Positions 8,624-17,536 of a stretch of DNA of 32,000 bases are shown here, in pieces. Source of the stretch: Mammaliicoccus sp. Dog046 (GTDB lineage Bacteria > Bacillota > Bacilli > Staphylococcales > Staphylococcaceae); contig NZ_CP120131.1 in NCBI RefSeq assembly GCF_034039665.1, positions 490,206 through 522,205 on the forward strand, given 5' to 3'. A program made the position numbers and the translations under genes. A model generated the notes under the pieces. The model was not told the origin of the DNA. It did no database searches and was given only the letters and a program-made list of their open reading frames with translations. The first letter of the stretch is position 1. Every line of letters starts with the position of its first letter.

Positions 8624-8648
8624 CCGACAAACTTGTATAATTTGTTGG
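8624..8648. promoter_or_regulatory. Candidate TetR operator overlapping a TATAAT box
   Basis: Imperfect inverted repeat CCGACAAA-N9-TTTGTTGG, with TATAAT at 8636-8641 inside it. Lies in the TetR/efflux divergent region. Confidence 0.3.
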
Positions 8649-8711
8649 TTTAAATAATGTTTGACACGTCATATAATAGATAAATCATTGAAATTTGGAG
8701 GAAAAAGAGTA

Positions 8712-9359
8712 ATGAAAAAAATCGTACTTGTAAATGTTATCACTATAGTAATTTTAGTGGCTATCGGCCTAGTAGGTTTCCACTATTATAGTGAAGCAAC
8801 GGATTATGTTAAAACAGAAAATGCAAAAGTAGACGGTGAGCAAATTAAAATTGCAAGCCCAGTATCAGGAAACTTAACTAGTTTCGATGCTAAAGAAGGT
8901 AAAGAATTCGGTAAAGGTGACAAAATCGGAGAAGTAGAAGGAAAAGGTGACAACGGCGAATCTCAAAAAATGGATATCGACGCACCATCTAAAAGTACAA
9001 TCGTTAAAACTTCAGCTTCAAAAAACAGTTTAGTACAAGCTGGTTCACCAATCGCATACGCATATAACTTTGATGATTTATATGTAACTGCAAATATTGA
9101 CGATACAGATGTTAAAGATGTAGAAGAAGGACAGGCTGTTGATGTTACTATTGATGGTCAAGAAGCTAGCGTTAAAGGTAAAGTGTCTCATGTTGGATTA
9201 GCAACTGCATCAAGTTTCTCATTGATGCCTTCATCAAATAGTAATGGAAACTATACAAAAGTGACACAAGTTGTTCCAGTGAAAATCACATTTGATTCTA
9301 AGCCATCAACAAATGTTGTTCCAGGAATGAATGTTGAAGTTCGAATCCATAAAAATTAA
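8712..9359 (+). CDS. HlyD/EmrA-family efflux adaptor (membrane fusion protein), short form
   Basis: ATG 8712 preferred (SD GGAGG at 8698-8702) over the track's TTG start at 8661. 215 aa. N-terminal TM, then a lipoyl-like motif (VDGEQIKIASPVSGNLTSF) and beta-barrel motifs (YVTANIDDTDVKDVEEGQAVDVTIDG). No long coiled-coil segment. Confidence 0.8.
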   Translation: MKKIVLVNVITIVILVAIGLVGFHYYSEATDYVKTENAKVDGEQIKIASPVSGNLTSFDAKEGKEFGKGDKIGEVEGKGDNGESQKMDIDAPSKSTIVKTSASKNSLVQAGSPIAYAYNFDDLYVTANIDDTDVKDVEEGQAVDVTIDGQEASVKGKVSHVGLATASSFSLMPSSNSNGNYTKVTQVVPVKITFDSKPSTNVVPGMNVEVRIHKN

Positions 9360-9371
9360 GGAGGGTGTATA

Positions 9372-11261
9372 ATGACATCAACCTTTACGGTGGCTTATAT
9401 AATTATTGCAATCCTTCTATGGATAGGAATTAATGCATTAGTAGTTAAACGCAGAAAGAATAAATCCGTATCAAAAAATCAATCTAACGATTCAAAAGTG
9501 AAAGAAACATCACATTTACAATCAAAAGACGATTCAAAAACGGATCAACAACCAGTTACACGTCATGAAAAAATGGAAGAAGAAAAGCAAGCGTCTGTAT
9601 CAGAGACAGCTGCGACAACTTCAAACGAAGAAAATTCTGAAGTAGAACATGACGCTCAAACAGAAGAAGCACACGATGATTTAGAAGATCGTGGTGCAGA
9701 ACTAAATGAAGATGAACCAATTAATGAACAAATTAAGAAACAACATGTGAATTTTGTTTTTGGAAAAGGTGTTTCTAGAAATAAAATACTGTTAGCCTTA
9801 TTGTTCGGTATGTTCATCGCAATATTGAACCAAACATTATTGAACGTAGCATTACCAGTCATTAATAATGAATTTAGTGTATCAACATCAACCGGACAAT
9901 GGTTGGTGACAGGATTTATGCTTGTAAATGGTATTTTGATACCAATCAGTGCCTTCTTAATTAGTAAATATTCGTACAGAAGATTATTCCTAATAGCAAT
10001 GACACTCTTTACGATTGGATCATTACTATGTGCCATTTCATTTAACTTCCCGTTAATGATGACAGGACGTGTCATTCAAGCGATAGGTGCAGGTATATTA
10101 ATGCCTCTTGGTACGAATGTATTTATGACGATTTTCCCACCTGAAAAACGTGGTGCCGCTATGGGTACATTGGGTGTTGCATTTATATTAGCACCAGCAA
10201 TTGGTCCGACGTTATCAGGTTGGATCGTACAAAATTATCATTGGAACGTAATGTTCTATGGTATGTTTGGCATTGGCTTACTTGCTATCTTTATCAGTTT
10301 CTTCTGGTTCAAGATTTATCAACAAACATCAAATCCAAAACCAGATGTGCCAGGTATTATATTTAGTTCCATTGGTTTCGGTATGTTGTTATATGGATTT
10401 AGTGAAGCGGGTAATGATGGCTGGTCTTCAGCGACAGTAACTATATCATTAATAGTGGGTGTGATCTTTACAGCACTATTTGTAATCCGTGAAATCAGAA
10501 TGGATAAACCAATGTTAGATATGTCTGCATTGAAATATTCTGGATTTACATTAACAACTGTAATCAATGTAATCGTAACAATGAGTTTATTCGGTGGAAT
10601 GATTCTTCTACCAATGTACTTACAAAACTTACGTGGATTCTCACCATTAGATTCAGGTTTACTATTATTACCTGGTTCATTACTTATGGGTATTATGGGT
10701 CCAATCGCTGGTAAAATGTTAGACTCAATTGGTATTAAACCATTAGCTTTAATCGGATTAACAATTATGACGTTCGCGACTTATGAACTGACACAATTGA
10801 ATATGGATACACCATATACAACGATTTTAGTAATTTATATCGTACGTTCATTCGGAATGAGCTTTATCATGATGCCAATTATGACAGCAGGTATGAACGC
10901 ATTACCACAAAGATTAATACCACATGGTAATGCAATTAGTAATACAGTAAGACAATTAGCAGGATCAATCGGTACAGCAATACTTGTAACAGTTATGACG
11001 CAAAATGCAAGTTCACATTTAGCGAATATGTCTGATAACCTTGATTCAACAAATCCAATGATTCAAGAACAAGTAAAAGCACTATCAGATTCTGTAGGTG
11101 GAGAACAAGCAGGTACATCTGCTTTAGTTGAATTCCTTAATAAATTAGCAACAGTTCAAGGTATTAACGATGCCTTCTGGGTTGCGACATTATTCAGTGT
11201 GATTGCTCTTGTTTTAAGTTTATTCTTAAAAGGAAAATCACATTATATTTCACACGAGTAA
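9372..11261 (+). CDS. MFS drug:H+ antiporter, DHA2 (EmrB/QacA, 14-TMS) family, with a ~135-aa N-terminal extension
   Basis: 629 aa with SD AAGGAGGG, starting 13 nt after the adaptor stop. The DHA2 core begins near residue 136 (LLALLFGMFIAILNQTLLNVALPVI...). Residues 1-135 comprise one TM, KRRKNK and an acidic low-complexity region. Confidence 0.9.
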   Translation: MTSTFTVAYIIIAILLWIGINALVVKRRKNKSVSKNQSNDSKVKETSHLQSKDDSKTDQQPVTRHEKMEEEKQASVSETAATTSNEENSEVEHDAQTEEAHDDLEDRGAELNEDEPINEQIKKQHVNFVFGKGVSRNKILLALLFGMFIAILNQTLLNVALPVINNEFSVSTSTGQWLVTGFMLVNGILIPISAFLISKYSYRRLFLIAMTLFTIGSLLCAISFNFPLMMTGRVIQAIGAGILMPLGTNVFMTIFPPEKRGAAMGTLGVAFILAPAIGPTLSGWIVQNYHWNVMFYGMFGIGLLAIFISFFWFKIYQQTSNPKPDVPGIIFSSIGFGMLLYGFSEAGNDGWSSATVTISLIVGVIFTALFVIREIRMDKPMLDMSALKYSGFTLTTVINVIVTMSLFGGMILLPMYLQNLRGFSPLDSGLLLLPGSLLMGIMGPIAGKMLDSIGIKPLALIGLTIMTFATYELTQLNMDTPYTTILVIYIVRSFGMSFIMMPIMTAGMNALPQRLIPHGNAISNTVRQLAGSIGTAILVTVMTQNASSHLANMSDNLDSTNPMIQEQVKALSDSVGGEQAGTSALVEFLNKLATVQGINDAFWVATLFSVIALVLSLFLKGKSHYISHE

Positions 11262-11321
11262 CAACGTAAAAAATACACAAAGTTGCACAATATATTGAAA
11301 TTTTTTCAAGACACAAAGCAC

Positions 11322-11364
11322 AAACACTAAGATTATTTTATTCATAATCTTAGTGTTTTTTTTC
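11322..11364 (+). terminator. Rho-independent terminator of the efflux operon
   Basis: AACACTAAGATTAT (11323-11336) pairs with ATAATCTTAGTGTT (11344-11357), followed by T8. Confidence 0.85.
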
Positions 11365-11404
11365 GTGGAAAATAATTTATTTTGAAAAACACATCTCTAA
11401 TGCT

Positions 11405-11432
11405 TTGAAACGGGCAAGGTTTTTTATATAAT
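11405..11432 (+). promoter_or_regulatory. Sigma-A-type promoter for the DUF402 gene
   Basis: TTGAAA (11405-11410), 16-nt spacer, TATAAT (11427-11432), 22 nt upstream of the GTG start. Confidence 0.5.
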
Positions 11433-11454
11433 GTAAAAAAGGAGTTGGTGACTT

Positions 11455-11994
11455 GTGAAAGTGAAGTATATAGACAAACGTCATTGGCGACGTCTCCTTA
11501 AACGCGATTATAAAGAAGTTGTACTGGATACGAACCACTTTAAAGGGCTAGTCGGACTCGTTACGATGGTAGAAGTGAAAGAAACTTTAAAAGTGGACGT
11601 TGTAGATAAAGAAATTACAGTAGCGGATAATGGGTATAAATGGATGCAGATTTTGCCTGAGAAGAAACCGTACAGTATAACTGTAATGTATAATAAACAA
11701 AATCAACCAGTGCAGTATTATTTTGATGTGAATTTGAGGAACATCACGCAACCTGGTAATGCTAGAACACTGGACTTATGTTTAGATGTATTAGTCATAC
11801 CGAAGTCGGGTGAGTATGAATTAGTTGATGAAGATGATCTAGAAAGAATGCTTAAAGAGAAAAAAATATCTAAAGCACAATATCATAAAGCATATGTAAC
11901 AGCACATGAAATCATGTTTAAATTAGAAACAGATTTCAAAGGCATAGAAAAGAAAATTAGATATTGCTTCCATGAAATAATGAATGCGAAATAA
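11455..11994 (+). CDS. DUF402 domain protein (nucleoside tri/diphosphatase Ntdp-like)
   Basis: 179 aa with GTG start and SD AAGGAG. Size and the ...GYKWMQILPEKKPYSITVMY...YYFDVN... pattern resemble staphylococcal DUF402/Ntdp, recalled from memory. Confidence 0.7.
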   Translation: MKVKYIDKRHWRRLLKRDYKEVVLDTNHFKGLVGLVTMVEVKETLKVDVVDKEITVADNGYKWMQILPEKKPYSITVMYNKQNQPVQYYFDVNLRNITQPGNARTLDLCLDVLVIPKSGEYELVDEDDLERMLKEKKISKAQYHKAYVTAHEIMFKLETDFKGIEKKIRYCFHEIMNAK

Positions 11995-12015
11995 ACGGGA
12001 ATGTTACTTCGAATA

Positions 12016-12045
12016 GAGCTGAGACACTGTGTCTCAGTTTTTTTA
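12016..12045 (+). terminator. Rho-independent terminator
   Basis: CTGAGACA (12019-12026) pairs with TGTCTCAG (12030-12037), followed by T7. Confidence 0.8.
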
Positions 12046-12059
12046 GTATATAGATAAAA

Positions 12060-12253
12060 GATATCGTGCGATTGACCCCGGAACGCACGATATCTCGGCC
12101 AAACTCCAAAGTCTTCGTGCGATTAGACCTGAAACGCACGATATCTCGGCCAAACTCCAAAGTCTTCGTGCGATTGGACCTGAAACGCACGATATCTCGG
12201 CCAAACTCCAAAGTCTTCGTGCGATTGGACCCGGAACGCACGATATCTCGGCA
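12060..12253. repeat. Tandem array 2: 3.7 units of 51 bp with a CGTGCG/CGCACG hairpin core
   Basis: Units start at 12065, 12116, 12167 and 12218. In the first copy the stem extends to GATATCGTGCG (12060-12070) paired with CGCACGATATC (12084-12094). Linker is TATCTCGGCCAAACTCCAAAGTCTT. Confidence 0.95.
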
Positions 12254-12294
12254 TCGAATAATCTCTAAACCTCATCTTTATTGCAACTTAATAT

Positions 12295-12330
12295 AAAAAA
12301 TGAGACACATGTTGTAATGTGTCCCAGTTC
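12295..12330 (-). terminator. Rho-independent terminator of uppP
   Basis: On the minus strand, TGGGACACAT pairs with ATGTGTCTCA (one G-U pair), followed by T6 (A-run at 12295-12300 on plus). Confidence 0.8.
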
Positions 12331-12334
12331 TTAT

Positions 12335-13156
12335 TTATAAAAATATTAAAGCTAATATAATTGCTAATGGTCCGACAATGAAACAGTATTTACTGAATAT
12401 ACCTAATTGTCCGCGTTCCATAATGCCTTGTAACCATTTCAATGAGAAATAACTTGCTACAAGTGATGCAATAAATGCAAATACATACGATATCATTAAT
12501 GAAGAATTTGGTGGTGAATCGATTATATCTTTAAATCCAAGTAATGCTGTACCTAAACTTACTGGTATGTATAGTAAGAAAGAAAATTTAAAGGCTGTTT
12601 TCTGATTCATACCAACGCCTAGTGCACCGACGATTGTTGCACCGCTTCGACTTAATCCAGGAATTAATGCTACTGCCTGGAATAAACCAACAATGATTGC
12701 ATCTTTCAGTGATAGATCGCGTTCTAATTTTTGTCCGCGTTTGTTTTTAATAAACCATAAAGCGATACCTGTTACGATCAGCATAATACCAACCATGATG
12801 ACGCTTTTCGTATCTCCGATGATATCTTTAAAGATGACACCTAATACGCCTGCAGGTATTGTTGCGATAACGACATACATGGCAAGTTGGAAGTTTTTCT
12901 TAACAACTTCTGTACGGTCGCCTTTAATGTATTTAAGTGTGTCTATTATCAGTTCGATGATATCTTTTCTAAATAAGATGAGTACTGCGATTAATGAAGC
13001 GGTATTGACTACTATTTCAAAAGTTAGCCCATCCGTATGTAGACCTAAAAATTCTTGTGCCATGACGAGGTGACCACTTGAGGAAACCGGAATGGGTTCA
13101 GTCACACCTTGTACAATTCCAAGAAAAATATACTTGATGATTTCTATAATTAACAT
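12335..13156 (-). CDS. uppP: Undecaprenyl-diphosphate phosphatase (BacA/UppP)
   Basis: 273 aa, 8 TM. Motifs GVTEPIPVSSSGHL and PGLSRSGATI are diagnostic. Confidence 0.95.
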   Translation of the reverse strand: MLIIEIIKYIFLGIVQGVTEPIPVSSSGHLVMAQEFLGLHTDGLTFEIVVNTASLIAVLILFRKDIIELIIDTLKYIKGDRTEVVKKNFQLAMYVVIATIPAGVLGVIFKDIIGDTKSVIMVGIMLIVTGIALWFIKNKRGQKLERDLSLKDAIIVGLFQAVALIPGLSRSGATIVGALGVGMNQKTAFKFSFLLYIPVSLGTALLGFKDIIDSPPNSSLMISYVFAFIASLVASYFSLKWLQGIMERGQLGIFSKYCFIVGPLAIILALIFL

Positions 13157-13290
13157 GATAAAATCCTTTCTCTATTTATGTACAAGCTCAACTATAACGA
13201 ATTATGAAATGAGTTTCAATTTATGATTGAAAAAATTATTATTTTACTTAAAAATGCATTTGGACTTTCAAAGTCGCTATATAAAAATCA

Positions 13291-13299
13291 TGTTATAAT
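13291..13299 (+). promoter_or_regulatory. Extended -10 element (TGtTATAAT) for the LysR gene
   Basis: TGTTATAAT at 13291-13299, 26 nt upstream of the GTG at 13325. Confidence 0.4.
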
Positions 13300-13324
13300 A
13301 TAATCAAAGTAAGGAGTGTGTCAT

Positions 13325-14200
13325 GTGAAAGTAGACGATTATAAATTGCTTGTAACTTTAGAAGATGTAAAGACTTTACGCAAAGCGGCAGACATTCTTT
13401 ACATATCACAACCGGCTGTGAGCCAAAGACTAAAATCTATAGAGAATTTCTTCGGTATTGATATTTTTATTAGAACAAAAAAACAACTAATAACAACAAA
13501 CGAAGGATTACTTGTGATTGAACATGCAAGAAAGATGTTAAAAGAAGAACGTTTACTATTAGACAAGATCAGTTCGAAAATAGGTGAAGTAAACGGTAGT
13601 ATTTCAATCGGTGTTTCTTCATTAATCGGACAAACAATCTTGCCACAAGTGCTTGGTGAATATACGAATCTATATCCAAATGTAGATATTCAATTACAAA
13701 TCGGATCCAGTGAACACATTAAATCATGTCAAAATGATTTCCACGTCATGGTTGTTAGAGGAAATGAAGTCATGAACGTTCAAAATGATTTATTGTTAAA
13801 TGAACAACATTATTTTATTTATCCGAAAAGTAAAAAACAAGATTTACATTTGTTGCCTATGATTGAATTCCAAGCAGAACCGATTTATTTGAAACAAATT
13901 GAAGAATGGTATGCTGATTATTTTCAACAAGAATACCATGCACTTATCAAAGTAGATCAAATCGCGACTTGTAAGGAATTATTATTAAACGGTGTAGGTG
14001 TAACGGTATTGCCAGAATTAGTAATAGGGGATATTGATACTGATAAATTTGAAATTAAGAAATTAAATATCATGCGTAAGCCACTGACACGTTCGACGTA
14101 TATTTGTTATGAACATAATGTGATGCAGTTGCCGCAGGTGAAATCGTTTATTGAAGTTTTGAAGAATTATATTAAACATGTTGAAATAGGAAAAAAATAA
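13325..14200 (+). CDS. LysR family transcriptional regulator
   Basis: GTG 13325 preferred (SD AAGGAG 13311-13316, 8-nt spacing); the track ORF starts at 13316. HTH: LRKAADILYISQPAVSQRLKSIE. The substrate-binding domain follows. Confidence 0.9.
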   Translation: MKVDDYKLLVTLEDVKTLRKAADILYISQPAVSQRLKSIENFFGIDIFIRTKKQLITTNEGLLVIEHARKMLKEERLLLDKISSKIGEVNGSISIGVSSLIGQTILPQVLGEYTNLYPNVDIQLQIGSSEHIKSCQNDFHVMVVRGNEVMNVQNDLLLNEQHYFIYPKSKKQDLHLLPMIEFQAEPIYLKQIEEWYADYFQQEYHALIKVDQIATCKELLLNGVGVTVLPELVIGDIDTDKFEIKKLNIMRKPLTRSTYICYEHNVMQLPQVKSFIEVLKNYIKHVEIGKK

Positions 14201-14238
14201 AACAATCTATCCATCTGGTGATGAATAGATTGTTTTTT
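14199..14238. terminator. Bidirectional terminator between convergent LysR and MOSC genes
   Basis: AACAATCTAT (14201-14210) pairs with ATAGATTGTT (14225-14234), followed by T6. Overlaps the MOSC stop codon. Confidence 0.75.
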
Positions 14239-14881
14239 ATAGTCGGTTATAAAATCGTGTGAATATATTTCTCGTTTCTTCATTAATACCATCATGATTT
14301 AAGATGTTTTCAATACGAGATTTATTTTTATTATCTTTAAATTGAGTTGTATTGAGTTCATAAATAGATAGTTTAGGTTCATAAGATTGGAGCAATTGAA
14401 GATGGTCATTTTGAGAAACATAACCTTCTTGTAACACTCTGAAATAGCAACCGGTCTTACCACTATCAGCCATACGCTTGACTAAATCTTTAATTCCATA
14501 TTTGAGTGCAATCGTCGCACAAGGTTGTCTCGGACAGGATACTTGAATGATGGCTTCACCAAGTTGATATGTATCACCAATATTTAAATCTTCCTCTGTA
14601 AGCCCTGATACAGTTATATTCTCACCAAAAATTGCATACTCAGGTAGTTGATCTAAAATATCATTCCAAAATGGATGGTGGTCTTTACTATAAAAACAAA
14701 TTGCCTTTTCTATGCCGCCATGTCCTTTATATTCTTGCTCATCTTCAGTAAAACCTGTTTTTGTTAAGTACATTTTTCCTTTAAATGGCTCTTTAAAGAT
14801 TGCTGTTCGTTTTGTTTTTTGATTGTCGAAAGTAACGTCAGAAACTTTACCTGTTGAAATATAGTCAATGTGATATTGCAT
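14237..14881 (-). CDS. MOSC domain protein (YiiM-like)
   Basis: 214 aa. GENITVSGLTEEDLNIGDTYQLGEAIIQVSCPRQPC is the MOSC core with the conserved Cys. SD AAGGGGA. Confidence 0.85.
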   Translation of the reverse strand: MQYHIDYISTGKVSDVTFDNQKTKRTAIFKEPFKGKMYLTKTGFTEDEQEYKGHGGIEKAICFYSKDHHPFWNDILDQLPEYAIFGENITVSGLTEEDLNIGDTYQLGEAIIQVSCPRQPCATIALKYGIKDLVKRMADSGKTGCYFRVLQEGYVSQNDHLQLLQSYEPKLSIYELNTTQFKDNKNKSRIENILNHDGINEETRNIFTRFYNRL

Positions 14882-15015
14882 TTGAGAGTCCCCTTTTAAA
14901 AAGATCTGTATTTCAGTATACTACTTGATTCGATATATATCAATTAAGCATTGACGTAATGTTGGATAAGCATTAAAGTACAACCATATAATAAAATAAA
15001 GGAAGTTGTGAATTC

Positions 15016-16227
15016 ATGTTCTTTAAACTGTTTCAGATTAAAAATTATAAACTGTTCACGTTAAATATGGGGTTATTAGGAATGGCTATGGCCATAACTG
15101 TACCATTCTTAGTATTGTATGCCACTCAGCATTTAGGCATGACTAAATTTCAATATGGTATTTTAATGGCATTAGCAGCTACGGCTTCATTTACTGTCAA
15201 TTCGATTATAGCTCGATTTTCAGATAGCGGGAAGATTAACCGAAAACATTTGATTATCACAGCATTAATTATGGGGGCAATCTGTTTTTCTATTTATTTT
15301 TACATACATACAATCATTTTGTTTATTCTTTTGTATGCGATGTTTCAAGGTTTAGCTGCACCAGCGATGCCACAAATGTATGCATCTGCACGTGAATCGA
15401 TTAATGAGTCTGATTATAAAGATAGAAGTATCTTTGCGAACACGGTATTACGTTCAACATTTTCATTAGGATTCCTATTTGGTCCATTAATCGGTACGTT
15501 ATTATTACGTTCGTTCGATTATGATGGACTATTTGGTGGGACTGTCGCACTATTTTTAACAGTACTCATTTTATTTATTATCTTTTATAAAGAACCAATA
15601 AAAGTCATCAACCATGCAATGGGTAAATTTCCTGAAAGAAAAGCACCGAACTTATTTGCGGAACCGACTTTAATGATTCCGTTCTTGGCATTTATTTTAT
15701 TACATGTAGGTCAATGGATGTATACATTAAATATGCCTTTATATGTAACGGAATACTTGAAAGATGATGAGTCAAATGTTGGTTATTTAGCAAGTTTGTG
15801 TGCAGGACTTGAAGTACCATTTATGATTATATTAGGTATAATTGCAAGTAAATTTAAGACGAAGACATTATTAATGGTAGGATCCATCTTTGGATTTGGT
15901 TATTACTTTAGTATTGGTGTGTTTGATAACTTCATCGCTATGTTAATAGGACAATTGGCGCTTGCATTCTTCCTCGCTATTTTATTAGGGTTAGGGATCA
16001 GTTATTTTCAAGATATTTTACCAGACTTTCCGGGTTATGCTTCTACACTATTTGCCAATGCAATGGTTATTGGACAATTAGGTGGTAATTTACTTGGCGG
16101 TCTGATGAGTGACATCGTTGGACTTGGTAATGTGTTCTTCGTATCAGCTCTTTCAGTTGCGATAGGGTTTGTACTGTTAATATTCACAATAGAACATACT
16201 AAGGATAAAGAAACACAAACAAGTTAG
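15016..16227 (+). CDS. MFS transporter, 12 TM (sugar-efflux/SET-like)
   Basis: 403 aa, hydrophobic throughout. A central loop (KEPIKVINHAMGKFPERKAPN) splits it into 6+6 TM. Confidence 0.8.
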   Translation: MFFKLFQIKNYKLFTLNMGLLGMAMAITVPFLVLYATQHLGMTKFQYGILMALAATASFTVNSIIARFSDSGKINRKHLIITALIMGAICFSIYFYIHTIILFILLYAMFQGLAAPAMPQMYASARESINESDYKDRSIFANTVLRSTFSLGFLFGPLIGTLLLRSFDYDGLFGGTVALFLTVLILFIIFYKEPIKVINHAMGKFPERKAPNLFAEPTLMIPFLAFILLHVGQWMYTLNMPLYVTEYLKDDESNVGYLASLCAGLEVPFMIILGIIASKFKTKTLLMVGSIFGFGYYFSIGVFDNFIAMLIGQLALAFFLAILLGLGISYFQDILPDFPGYASTLFANAMVIGQLGGNLLGGLMSDIVGLGNVFFVSALSVAIGFVLLIFTIEHTKDKETQTS

Positions 16228-16237
16228 GAGAAAACAC

Positions 16238-16720
16238 ATGACAACAATCAATTGGATATTAATTATACTTATGTTTGTAATCGCATTTGTAGGTTTAATA
16301 AAGCCAATCATCCCATCAGTTTTATTTTTATGGGTAGGTTACTTTATATACCACTTTGCGATAGATAATAGTAAATTGTCTTGGGTATTCTGGACAGTGA
16401 TGGTATTGTTTACAGTATTTATGATACTTTCAGATATCATTATGAATAGTTATTTTGTTAAAAGGTTTGGAGGCTCGAAATTAGGAGAAACAATGGCAGC
16501 AATCGGTGTGATTATCGGTTGTTTCGTATTTCCTCCATTTGGTATTATCATCGTACCGTTTGTACTCGTATTTGTATCAGAATTAGTACAAAAAAATAAT
16601 CTAGCTACAGCATTTAATGCAAGTGTAGGATCATTATTAGGCTTCTTAACAAGCTCAATAGCGAAAGCATTGATCATGATCGTTATGGTCATTTGGTTCT
16701 TTATTGCTATATGGATTTAG
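16238..16720 (+). CDS. DUF456 family small membrane protein
   Basis: 160 aa, 4-5 TM, starting 11 nt after the MFS stop. The family assignment is from memory of the DUF456 pattern (GLIKPIIPSVLFLWVGY...). Confidence 0.65.
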   Translation: MTTINWILIILMFVIAFVGLIKPIIPSVLFLWVGYFIYHFAIDNSKLSWVFWTVMVLFTVFMILSDIIMNSYFVKRFGGSKLGETMAAIGVIIGCFVFPPFGIIIVPFVLVFVSELVQKNNLATAFNASVGSLLGFLTSSIAKALIMIVMVIWFFIAIWI

Positions 16721-16738
16721 CGTAACGTTTAATATTAG

Positions 16739-16775
16739 AATGTCGACAAAGTTATCACTTTGTCGGCATTTTTTA
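16739..16775 (+). terminator. Rho-independent terminator of the MFS-DUF456 operon
   Basis: ATGTCGACAAAGT (16740-16752) pairs with ACTTTGTCGGCAT (16757-16769), followed by T6. Confidence 0.8.
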
Positions 16776-16780
16776 TGCGT

Positions 16781-16944
16781 TGAACATTGCAAGTGAGGGT
16801 CGACAAGCAACATTGAGCGCCTGAACATTGCAAGTGGAGGTCGACAAGCAACGTTGAAGCGTTGAACATTGCAAGTGGAGGTCGACAAGCAACGTTGAAG
16901 CGTTGAACATTGCAAGTGGAGGTCGACAAGCAACATTGAGCATG
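16781..16944. repeat. Tandem array 3: 4 units of 41 bp
   Basis: TGAACATTGCAAGTGGAGGTCGACAAGCAACGTTGAAGCGT-type units start at 16781, 16822, 16863 and 16904. Confidence 0.95.
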
Positions 16945-16945
16945 G

Positions 16946-17536
16946 CTAACGAGATAGTTCTGAGAAACAATCTTTTTAGAAAATCTAACGAGATAGTTCT
17001 GTAAAACAATCTCGTTAGAGCGAAAATAGCCCACGAAAAAGCCTGATTTACTACCAAAAATGAGAAAACAACACGCTAACGAGATAGTTTAAGGAAACAA
17101 TCCTTTTAGAAAATCTAACGAGATAGTTCTGTAAAACAATCTCGTTAGAGCGAAAATAGCCCACGAAAAAGCCTGATTTACTACAAAAAATAAGAAAACA
17201 ACATGCTAACGAGATAGTTTGAGAAAACAATCCTTTTAGAAAATCTAACGAGATAGAAAGTAAAAACAATCTCGTTAGAGCGAAAATGGTCATCTCAAAA
17301 GGCCGTATTTACTACAAAAAATGAGAAATGAACATGCTAACGAGATAGTTTTGGGAAACAATCCCGTTAGAAAATCTAACGAGATAGAAAGTAAAAACAA
17401 TCTCGTTAGCGGGAAAATGGACACCTCAAAAGGCCGTATTTACTACAAAAAATGAGAAATGAACATGCTAACGAGATAGTTTTGGGAAACAATCCCGTTA
17501 GAAAATCTAACGAGATAGAAAGCAAAAACAATCTCG
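16946..17536. repeat. Tandem array 4: 4.5 units of a 130/131-bp composite repeat, each with two CTAACGAGAT hairpin modules
   Basis: Units start at 16946, 17076, 17206, 17337 and 17468. Each has a perfect 10-bp stem CTAACGAGAT-N14-ATCTCGTTAG and a degenerate first copy. Confidence 0.95.

Noticed and set aside
11957-12296. ORFs 11957..12241 (-) 94 aa and 12066..12296 (+) 76 aa with 17-aa repeats (RSNRTKTLEFGRDIVRF / RTISRPNSKVFVRLDLK)
   Set aside because: They are open on both strands only because the 51-bp repeat period is a multiple of 3. They have no SD and lie between two terminators. The minus-strand ORF also overlaps the end of the DUF402 gene.
9656-13073. Antisense or embedded ORFs 9656..10075 (-), 10258..10440 (+), 10319..10567 (-) and 12693..13073 (+)
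   Set aside because: They are embedded in the MFS pump and uppP genes, which have clear family motifs. They lack translation signals.
16655-17293. Minus-strand ORFs 16655..16936, 16735..17034, 16773..17057 and 17051..17293 across arrays 3 and 4
   Set aside because: They are mutually overlapping frames through repeat DNA with no ribosome-binding sites. Their repetitive, low-complexity translations look like artefacts of the repeats.
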